From assembly GCA_036336835.1 (NCBI GenBank), contig JAYZFK010000077.1, positions 1 to 37,030 on the forward strand: a DNA stretch of 37,030 nucleotides. Direction: 5' to 3'. Below are positions 25,844-35,504 of this stretch, in pieces. The stretch's first letter is position 1. The number at the start of each line of letters is the position of its first letter. The translations under genes and the position numbers were made by a program. The notes under the pieces are model-generated. The model saw only the letters and a list, made by a program, of their open reading frames with translations, was not told the origin of the DNA and did not search any database. The DNA is from Myxococcota bacterium. GTDB taxonomy: Bacteria; Myxococcota_A; UBA9160; UBA4427.

Positions 25844-27085
25844 ATGCCGAATACCGCGACTCCGGAAAACTCCGGCGAACTGGGACAGCTGATCGACGCG
25901 GCGGTCGCCCAGCGCACCAACCTGCGCGAGGGACTCCGCGCGATGCATCGGGTGCGCTTCATCGCGTACATCGCTTTCGCGGCGGTCATATTCGTGACCG
26001 GGCCCGTGCTGCAGATCGATCCCATCGAGTTCACCATCCAGGGCCTCAGCATCTGCGGCGTCGGCATCGTCTCGGCGTGGCTGATCCTGCGCGCGGTCCG
26101 CGACGCCCCACCGCGAGAGTGGCTGGCCTATGCGGCGGTCCCCATCGACGTGGGGATCGTCATGACCGTGGCATTCCTGCTGGGCGGCGTCGGCACCACG
26201 ATACCCTTCACGTTCTTCATCGTCGTGGTCATGCACGGGTTGCTGCTGCACACGCGCGCCCTGCTCGCGATCGTAGTGTGCGCCTCAGGTGCCTTCCTCG
26301 TTCTCGACACCGCGTCAGCGGAGTCGTTGCCCGTCGACGAGGTGATCATCTTCCTGACCACACTGAATCTCACGGCGCTGGCCACCACTGGCGTCATCGG
26401 CATGGGGCGGCGCCTGACGGACGGAATGCTAGAGGCGCAGCGCAGCCAGCACGAGATCCTGGAGACCTTCGGCCGCCACGTCTCGCCCCAGGTGGCAGAG
26501 CGCCTGCTGGAGAGCGGCGCCGGCTCCGAGACCGAGTTGCGCGATGTGAGCGTGCTCTTCCTCGACATCCGCGGATTCACCAGGCGCAGCGAGACCCTGT
26601 CACCCGAGGAGGTGGTCGAGCTGCTCAATGACCTCTTTTCCTTCATGGTCGACGAGATCGACCGGCACCAGGGCATCGTGAACAAGTTCCTGGGCGATGG
26701 CTTCATGGCGATGTTCGGAGCGCCCTTCTCGACCGGCCAGGACGCCGCGAACGCGCTCGCCGCGGCCCTGGGGATTTGCGACGGTCTCGACGCGCGGATC
26801 GCAGACAAGGAGCTGCCGCCGCTTCGGATCGGCATTGGCATCCACGCGGGCCATGCCATCGCCGGCAGCATCGGGTCGTCACGCCGCAAGGAGTACACTC
26901 TCATCGGCGACGTGGTGAACGTGGCATCGCGCGTCGAATCGCTCAACAAGCGCTTCGACACTACGGTGCTGGTGACCGACACGGTCTGGTCCCATCTCGA
27001 AGAGCCGCGCCCCGAAGCCACCGTCCACCGCGACGTGGAGATCCGCGGCCGCGCCGAGCAGATGACCATCTACCAGGTCCGCTGA
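25844..27085 (+). CDS. Membrane-anchored class III adenylate cyclase (about 6 TM + catalytic domain)
   Basis: Six hydrophobic segments, then 'LFLDIRGFT', 'NKFLGDG', 'IGIGIHAG' and 'EYTLIGDVVNVASRVE'. Both metal-binding Asp, the Lys/Thr adenine-specifying pair and the catalytic Asn/Arg are present. Confidence 0.92.
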   Translation: MPNTATPENSGELGQLIDAAVAQRTNLREGLRAMHRVRFIAYIAFAAVIFVTGPVLQIDPIEFTIQGLSICGVGIVSAWLILRAVRDAPPREWLAYAAVPIDVGIVMTVAFLLGGVGTTIPFTFFIVVVMHGLLLHTRALLAIVVCASGAFLVLDTASAESLPVDEVIIFLTTLNLTALATTGVIGMGRRLTDGMLEAQRSQHEILETFGRHVSPQVAERLLESGAGSETELRDVSVLFLDIRGFTRRSETLSPEEVVELLNDLFSFMVDEIDRHQGIVNKFLGDGFMAMFGAPFSTGQDAANALAAALGICDGLDARIADKELPPLRIGIGIHAGHAIAGSIGSSRRKEYTLIGDVVNVASRVESLNKRFDTTVLVTDTVWSHLEEPRPEATVHRDVEIRGRAEQMTIYQVR

Positions 27086-27367
27086 GCGCACCCGGGAGCG
27101 CGCGCACCCGGCGAATCGCCGGACAGGCCGGTCTCGCTACTGCGCCGACCGGCGCACGGGCAACGCCTCGATCGACACCACGATGGGATTTCCGATCCCC
27201 TGGCCGCTGTATGTCGCCTCGCCGATCGCTCGGAGCGCGCCGGCGGTGATATCGCCTCGAGGTACACTAGTGGTCCCGCGCTGCTCCGCGCGGCCGGAGC
27301 GCGCTCCATTCTTGTGAGATCGCCACGCTAGGTTCCTCTCCCCGAGGCACGTGGCGGAGGGAAGTCG

Positions 27368-27772
27368 ATGCGCGAGAGAGCGGCCGAGAATCTCGCCGTG
27401 CTGAAGGAGTGCTTCGCGATCATCGGAACGGGCGACGCCGACGCGCTCGTCGAACACTATACCGACGACTACGTGCTGGAATTGCCGTACGCAACGGCCG
27501 ACGGCACCACCCGGTACGAGGGCCGCGACGTCGTCCGCGCACGCCTGCGGGCGGTGTTTCGCGTTCTGCACCTGGATCTCAGCATCACCGCGACGCATCC
27601 GGCCGCCGATCCCGACCTGGTGATCGCCGAGTACACGAGCTCGGGAACGTCGCAACCGACGGGCGAGCTCTCGTCCAACCGCTACGTGGGCTTCTGGTGG
27701 TTTCGCAACGGCCTGGTGTGCCGCACGCGTGAATACTTCAACCCGGAACTCTCGGTCACGAAGACGCTCTGA
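27368..27772 (+). CDS. SnoaL-like / NTF2-family protein
   Basis: 134 aa with the NTF2-fold pattern 'YTDDYVLELPY', 'EGRDVVR', 'VIAEY' and terminal 'REYFNP'. GGAGG upstream. Confidence 0.85.
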   Translation: MRERAAENLAVLKECFAIIGTGDADALVEHYTDDYVLELPYATADGTTRYEGRDVVRARLRAVFRVLHLDLSITATHPAADPDLVIAEYTSSGTSQPTGELSSNRYVGFWWFRNGLVCRTREYFNPELSVTKTL

Positions 27773-27933
27773 GCCCCTCCACCTGCTTGCCGAATCACTG
27801 GCCTCCGGGCGGGGCGGCTACGGGCGCCCGCGAGCAGAAATCGACCTGGCGAGCCACGCCGTCGAGCAAACCCGCGCAACGACCGGCCAGCTCGCGGAGC
27901 TCGCGTGCGGGGCTGCCGAGTCCGAGCCTCCCC

Positions 27934-28896
27934 TCAGCGGCGGCGCCGGCGCCAGCGACGGGACGCCGACTTCTGCTCCGAACCCTCCCCCTGTGTCGCG
28001 TCCGAATCGACCGCCGCGGACTCGACCACCTGCTCTCCCCAAGAGCTGGATACCGACTCGCCCACCCCCGGAGCTGGCTCCAGCACTGGTACCGACTCGA
28101 CCGAGGACCCGGCCGCTTCGGACACGCCCGGCGCAGGTGCGGGGACGAAGGGCGCAGGAGCAACGGGCTCGGGAGCAACCGGCGCAGGAGCAACGGGCGC
28201 AGGAGCAACCGGCGGCGGCGCCGGCTCGACGCTCCCCGTCGCCGCTTCGATGACCCGACCGCGGGCGACCGCGGCCGCGAGGTTCGGGCCGAACGCGTCT
28301 GCCACTGCAGCCCGACGCTGCTCCCAGGCGCCGTCGTCGAGATCGTCCGTGGCGGCGATCAGCGCGAGCAGCAACGAGTAGGGATGCGAATCCGAGGTCA
28401 GGGACTCGAGGCGGTCGAGACCGACCGGGGCTTCGCCCGTGAGCTCGGCAACGCGCTGCTCCGCCTCGCCGCGCGGCACCTCGAGGAGCACCCGAGCCGC
28501 ATCCGTGGTCGCACGCAGGCCGACGACGCGCCTCACCACGGCGAGTGCAGCGGCGCGCCGGCGACCGATCTCGGCATAGACGGCATCGATCCTCTCCGTA
28601 GCCGACTCGAGCGCATGCAGCGAAAGATCATCGCCCAGCGACTCGAGCTCGATCCCCACGTGGGAGGCGTGCTGCTCCAGAGTGCTCCAGAGCGCGCGGA
28701 ACGACTGCCTCAGCGAGACGATCGAATCCGCCAGCGACTCCTTCGGTAGCTGACCGCTCTTCTGCAGCGCCTGGGCCGCCCCCTCCAGGTCCTGGAGCAG
28801 AGTCGTGGCAACCGAACGCATAGCGTCGATCAGCGGCTCTACTGTGGGCGTCTGGCCTCCCCCCATGCGTTCCTCATCCCGATCGACTTGGCTCAT
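27934..28896 (-). CDS. Hypothetical protein: helical N-terminus, Pro/Ala repeat linker, acidic stretch, Arg-rich tail
   Basis: ATG 28896 is preceded by GGAGG. The ORF fills the gap between neighbouring genes and has protein-like composition. No family recognised. Confidence 0.6.
   Translation of the reverse strand: MSQVDRDEERMGGGQTPTVEPLIDAMRSVATTLLQDLEGAAQALQKSGQLPKESLADSIVSLRQSFRALWSTLEQHASHVGIELESLGDDLSLHALESATERIDAVYAEIGRRRAAALAVVRRVVGLRATTDAARVLLEVPRGEAEQRVAELTGEAPVGLDRLESLTSDSHPYSLLLALIAATDDLDDGAWEQRRAAVADAFGPNLAAAVARGRVIEAATGSVEPAPPPVAPAPVAPAPVAPEPVAPAPFVPAPAPGVSEAAGSSVESVPVLEPAPGVGESVSSSWGEQVVESAAVDSDATQGEGSEQKSASRRWRRRRR
28130..28220. repeat. Imperfect 15-bp tandem repeat (GGCGCAGGAGCAACS core) encoding PVAPA/PVAPE pentapeptides on the minus strand
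   Basis: Read directly: 4-6 degenerate units, translating as 'PPPVAPAPVAPAPVAPEPVAPAPFVPAPAP'. Confidence 0.8.
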
Positions 28897-29040
28897 GGCA
28901 CCTCCGCTGCCGATTCTCGAGGCTCGCAGTCTACCCCAGCAAGTACGGAAAGTGGGCCCGGACCGCGCGCCGGACCGATGCCGAGGGGCTCGGCTCCGCG
29001 GAGAGTCGAGGCCCCGGTCCCCGGAAGGACCGCTCGCGCT

Positions 29041-30315
29041 TCATCGCGCGACGTGCGGAAGAGGCGCTCCGTGCTCGGGATCAGCCAACGCCGCGTCTGC
29101 GATGAGGTTCGCGAGCATCGTGACCGCCTGCGGGCTGAGGTGACAACACCAGTCGCTGTACCTCGTCATCGAATCGTCCTGGAACATTCGGCTGGCGTCG
29201 ACCCAGGCCACGCCACTCCGTCGCAGCGCGTCCCCCGCACGGAGCAGCAACGGGTATGCCGCCTTCGTTGCCTGGGCCGAGGGGGACCTCGGTCGGAAGA
29301 AGTCCCGCCTTTCCCTCGCAGACAGCGGCTTCGTTCCCGCAAAATATTGATTGGGTTGCAGCACGTGCACGTACCGGATGCCGTTCGCCGCCGCGAGCCT
29401 GTGCATTTGCAGCGAGGATTGCTTCCAGAGTGCGGTCGCCGCGCTAATCGCCTCAGCGGCGCTCTCGATGTGGTGCGGAGGACCTGCCGCCTCGAACGAG
29501 AGACTTCCCCGGTCGGCGCTCTCGGTCGCCGCGATCACGTCCGCTATCCGCCGCTCCGTCTCGAGGAACGAGCGCGTGAGGAACAGACCCACGAGCGCAG
29601 AGCTGGCCAGCGGGCTCTCGCGCGCCCACGCCTCGCGGGACCGGTTCCGTGCGCGCAGGAATGCGACCTCGCCTCGTCGCGAGAGAGACTCGCTGTCGAG
29701 CAGGTTGTGGATGCGAAACTGCCAGTGGCGCGGGTAGACCGGATGGACGCCGCGCATCACGTTGTCGGCATAGCTCAGGGCGATCTCGTTGTAGCCGTCG
29801 AGGTTGATCACGAGATCGAAGCGCGCGCCCAGCACAAGGAGGTAGTTGAACGTCATGAGCTGCTGCGGCTGCTTGTACCCGCCGAGCGCCCCCTTGAACA
29901 TCCGAACGCGGACCGGCTGACCCGCACGATCCCCGAGGCGCTGGGCGAGCGCCTGCCGGAGCTTGTTGCTGACCTGCAACGCCACGGAGCCACCGGTGAG
30001 CAGAACCGAGAAGCTGTCGGGCGGCGCGGGATCTTCGGGGGGGAAGCTGTCGAAGAAGCCGTGCGCCGCGTCGCTAGCGGGACTGCTCCTCGCCACGAAG
30101 CCCAGGTATGGATGTACCACGTGCAGGCCGACGACGTCGGGGCCGCGTACCTCGTGCGGTCGAAAGGCTGCGTCCATCGCAAAGTCGCCGAGCTCGGCCC
30201 CGGCGTATGGACGTTCATAGAGTGCGCGGTAGGCCAGACGCGCAGAGCCCTCGATGAAGCCGAGGACCAGGACCGCGACGATTGCGGCAAACAGCATTCG
30301 CTTCGGGCGTGTCAT
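29041..30315 (-). CDS. Membrane-anchored SGNH-hydrolase-like protein
   Basis: N-terminal TM, 'HPYLGF', block I 'LTGGSVA', block II 'GGYKQPQQ', block III 'LDGYNE', 'LQPNQY' and block V variant 'DWCCHL'. Confidence 0.65.
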   Translation of the reverse strand: MTRPKRMLFAAIVAVLVLGFIEGSARLAYRALYERPYAGAELGDFAMDAAFRPHEVRGPDVVGLHVVHPYLGFVARSSPASDAAHGFFDSFPPEDPAPPDSFSVLLTGGSVALQVSNKLRQALAQRLGDRAGQPVRVRMFKGALGGYKQPQQLMTFNYLLVLGARFDLVINLDGYNEIALSYADNVMRGVHPVYPRHWQFRIHNLLDSESLSRRGEVAFLRARNRSREAWARESPLASSALVGLFLTRSFLETERRIADVIAATESADRGSLSFEAAGPPHHIESAAEAISAATALWKQSSLQMHRLAAANGIRYVHVLQPNQYFAGTKPLSARERRDFFRPRSPSAQATKAAYPLLLRAGDALRRSGVAWVDASRMFQDDSMTRYSDWCCHLSPQAVTMLANLIADAALADPEHGAPLPHVAR

Positions 30316-30522
30316 TCAGCTCGTCGCGGTCCCTCGATTCGGCCCCGCAGCGTACCAGGCGACACCGATCGCTGCTCGAGCCCGCGCCTCACGCATCCAT
30401 CGCGCGGGCCGAGACTCCCCCAGCGCATCAGCTGTTATGCAATCGGACGAAGCGTGCTCGTCGTCAGCTGACGGTACTTCGCCAGCCACCCAACGGTGGC
30501 TCTCGCCACCGGAAACCGCGGC

Positions 30523-31956
30523 CTAGGGAGCTTCCAGATCCAGACCGCTCTCGCGGATCTTCTGCAGCAGGGTCTTGTAGGAGACCTGGAGCAGCTTGGC
30601 GGCCTGCTTGCGGTTCCACTGGGTCTTGTCGAGCGCGATGCTGATCGTCTCGCGTTCGGCCTGACGAGCGACGCGCCGGCCGACCTCGCGCAGCGGGACC
30701 TCGCCAGCAGTGGCCTCGACCTCGCGCAGCAGGGCCTCGAACTCGCCGCCGCTGCGGCTGCGGCGTCCGGTTTCGAGATCACACAGGATCGGTTCCTCGC
30801 TCTCGAGCACGACCAGGCGCTTGATCAGGTTCTCGAGCTCTCGGACGTTGCCCGGAAAGTCATAGCTCGCGAACGCGGCCTCGAGACGAGCGGAGGGCAC
30901 CGGCACCGGCTTCTCGTATTCGACGGCACAGCGATGCAAGAAGGTCTCCATCATCACCGGAATCTCGTCGCGCCGATTGCGCAGCGGCGGGATCTCGATG
31001 TTGACGACGTTGAGCCGGAAGTAGAGATCTTCGCGGAAGCTGCGGTCAGCGACCATCGTGAGCAGTGGCCGGTGGGTGGCGCACACAACGCGCACATCGA
31101 CCTCGATCTCTTCGTTGCCGCCGAGGCGCGTGAAGCGGTTCTCCTGGAGGACCTGTAGCAGCTTCGCCTGCAAGCCCGGGCTCATCTCACCGATCTCGTC
31201 GAGGAACATGGTGCCCTTGTTCGCGAGCTCGAAACGACCTGGCTTGCGACCGTTGGCTCCGGTAAAGGCCCCCGGCTCGTAGCCGAAGAGCTCGCTCTCG
31301 AGCAGATCCTCGGGCAGCGCAGCGCAGTTGACCTTGACGAACGGCTTGTCCTTCCGGACGGAACTCGAGTGGATCGTGCGCGCGACGATCTCCTTGCCAA
31401 CCCCACTCTCGCCTTGCACCAGCACGGTGACGTCGGTGTCACCGATCTGGTCGATCACCCCTCGAATGCGTTGCATTGCCTCACTGCGCCAGACAGACGC
31501 GCCGACCTCGACCGCCGGCTGGCGGCGCGAACGACCGGGTGCGCGTTCACCGCGCGCGATTACCCGCATCAGCGTGCTCTCGAGCTCGTCGTCATCGAAG
31601 GGCTTGTTGAGGTAGTCGCTGGCACCCGCTTGCATCGCCTGGACGATGGTCGAAGCCGTGCCGACGACCGACAGCATGACGATCGGGACCTCGGCATCGA
31701 ACTCGCGCATCTGCTTCAGCGCATCGAGACCATCGCTGCCCGGCATCAATACGTCGAGCAACACGACATCCGGAGCGGCTCCCGACTGGAGCAGCTGCAA
31801 GCCCTTTCGGCCATCCTCGGCCGTATCCACCTCGAAGCCCTTCAGCACCAGCAGGTCCGCGAGATACGCGCGAATGCTCTCGGCATCATCCACGATGAGC
31901 ACTCGGCGCTTGCGCGCCATCACACTGCTAGTTGCCCAGCCTGACTTGACCGCCAT
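30523..31956 (-). CDS. Sigma-54-dependent response regulator (NtrC family: REC + AAA+ + Fis HTH)
   Basis: 'LIVDD', phospho-acceptor 'LLDVLMP', 'KPF', Walker A 'GESGVGKE', intact 'GAFTGA', 'FLDEIGE', 'FPGNVREL' and HTH 'WNRKQAAKLLQVSYKTL'. ATG 31956 has GGAG upstream; alternative start 31920. Confidence 0.95.
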   Translation of the reverse strand: MAVKSGWATSSVMARKRRVLIVDDAESIRAYLADLLVLKGFEVDTAEDGRKGLQLLQSGAAPDVVLLDVLMPGSDGLDALKQMREFDAEVPIVMLSVVGTASTIVQAMQAGASDYLNKPFDDDELESTLMRVIARGERAPGRSRRQPAVEVGASVWRSEAMQRIRGVIDQIGDTDVTVLVQGESGVGKEIVARTIHSSSVRKDKPFVKVNCAALPEDLLESELFGYEPGAFTGANGRKPGRFELANKGTMFLDEIGEMSPGLQAKLLQVLQENRFTRLGGNEEIEVDVRVVCATHRPLLTMVADRSFREDLYFRLNVVNIEIPPLRNRRDEIPVMMETFLHRCAVEYEKPVPVPSARLEAAFASYDFPGNVRELENLIKRLVVLESEEPILCDLETGRRSRSGGEFEALLREVEATAGEVPLREVGRRVARQAERETISIALDKTQWNRKQAAKLLQVSYKTLLQKIRESGLDLEAP

Positions 31957-31963
31957 TCGACTC

Positions 31964-33157
31964 CTACCCTTCTCGATCCGCGCCGAGCAAGCGGGGCTTC
32001 GGATCCACAGCCGGTAGCGTGAAGGCGAAGCAGTTGCCGGGAGCAGCCGGTCGCACCGCGATGCGACCGCCGTGGGCCTCCACGATGCGCCGACAGATCG
32101 ACAGCCCGAGCCCGATGCCGCGCGACGAGATCGCTCGCGCCCCGCGCACATGCGGCTCGAATATCCGCTGGCGGTCGGACTCGGGAAGGCCCGGACCGCC
32201 GTCCGACACACCGACCTCGACCCACGATCCTTCATCGATGGGATCGGACGGGTCGCTGTGGACCGCTCTCGTGTGAATGCGCAGCACCGCGCTGTCGGTG
32301 TGTTCGAGCGCGTTGCCCACCAGATTGGCGACGACCTGCTCGATCCTCGCGGCGTCGAAGCGCGCCCACAGCGCGTTCGGGTCCAGCTCGAACTCGATGC
32401 GCACGCGGCGCTCTTCGAGTATGGGGCGCAGATAGTCGATGACGCCTTCGAGCAGGGGTGCAAGCGACGCCTCGACTGCCACGGTCTCTGCAAGAGCGGT
32501 GCAGTCCTGGCCAGTCTCGCGTACCAGCAGCTCGACGAAATCATCGAGGCGTTGGCAGCTCTTCGCCGACTCTTGGAGGAAACGCCGCTGCTCGTCGTTC
32601 AGCGGGCCCACCTCGCCCGACAGCAGCAGCTTCGCATAGCCCTGGATGACCGTAATCGGGGTGCGCAGCTCGTGGCACACGACCTCTACGAGCTCCAAGC
32701 GCTCCGCCACCGAGTTCTCGACCGCCGCGGGCGAGGTCTGCTCCTTGCCGCGCGCCAGCGGCCGGCCGCGCGACTTCTCGAACGATGCAGCGTCGGTCGG
32801 CGCGACCGCGGTCACGAGATGGAGGGCCCGCGAGCAGTCGAGCACACGCGTGCGCAGATCGACGTGACGCTCCCAGCCCAAGCCGAGCACGCGACATGGC
32901 ACGGCCTGATTCGGATTGCACTCGAGCGGCCCGTCACCGCGCGGCTCGAGCAGCTCTTCGATCGTGCGGCCGACGAGCACGTCGGCATCCGAGCCCGCGC
33001 CCAGCAGGTGCACCGCCTGCTGGTTGGCGCGAACGATGGCGCCGTACTGCGTCTCGAGGACACCGTCCGCAACGAGCTCCACGAGCACCGACCAGGCGTC
33101 GGCCTGCATCTCGTCGCTCGCGCCACTCGCGTGATCACCGGGTACGATGCCCTGCAC
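31964..33157 (-). CDS. Cytoplasmic sensor histidine kinase with a PAS-like N-terminal domain
   Basis: H-box 'CHELRTPI', N-box 'NLVGNA', G1 'DGGPG', F-box 'IFEP' and G2 'GIGLGL'. The N-terminus 'DGVL...IVRANQQAVHLLG...LVGRTI' is PAS-like. No TM segment. GTG 33157 follows GGAGG. Confidence 0.88.
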   Translation of the reverse strand: MQGIVPGDHASGASDEMQADAWSVLVELVADGVLETQYGAIVRANQQAVHLLGAGSDADVLVGRTIEELLEPRGDGPLECNPNQAVPCRVLGLGWERHVDLRTRVLDCSRALHLVTAVAPTDAASFEKSRGRPLARGKEQTSPAAVENSVAERLELVEVVCHELRTPITVIQGYAKLLLSGEVGPLNDEQRRFLQESAKSCQRLDDFVELLVRETGQDCTALAETVAVEASLAPLLEGVIDYLRPILEERRVRIEFELDPNALWARFDAARIEQVVANLVGNALEHTDSAVLRIHTRAVHSDPSDPIDEGSWVEVGVSDGGPGLPESDRQRIFEPHVRGARAISSRGIGLGLSICRRIVEAHGGRIAVRPAAPGNCFAFTLPAVDPKPRLLGADREG

Positions 33158-33267
33158 TAGTCCTCCGGAAGTCCAGTACGGGCGAGGCGACGTGATAGAG
33201 TTGCCCCGTCCGGACTCGACCAAGCGGGTCCAGCAACACTCATCGCCTTCTCGGAGGCCGAGCTTGA

Positions 33268-35493
<2,226 letters not shown>

Positions 35494-35504
35494 CAGGGCA
35501 GCGC

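Noticed and set aside
23983..27085. Calling the pair a bona fide Pycsar or CBASS system
   Set aside because: The cyclase is membrane-anchored with adenine-selecting Lys/Thr residues, not a pyrimidine cyclase or CD-NTase, and no other defence genes flank it. Only the analogy is retained.
27086..27367. Structured intergenic regions (also 23692-23982) as possible ncRNA or riboswitch
   Set aside because: Only short GC-rich stems are present and I recognise no tRNA or riboswitch consensus. An Infernal/Rfam scan would be needed to support a call.
28130..28220. Possible CRISPR-like array
   Set aside because: The units are 15-bp tandem repeats with no spacers, are in frame within a coding sequence, and there are no cas genes.
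31957..32544. 673-aa ORF suggesting an N-terminally extended response regulator or a kinase-regulator fusion
   Set aside because: The extension is an alternative frame of the kinase 3' end. The regulator has its own RBS and ATG at 31956, 7 bp after the kinase stop.
30523..33157. Assignment as PEP-CTERM-associated PrsK/PrsR
   Set aside because: The kinase lacks the multi-TM and GAF architecture of PrsK, and no exosortase or PEP-CTERM protein is seen in the window.
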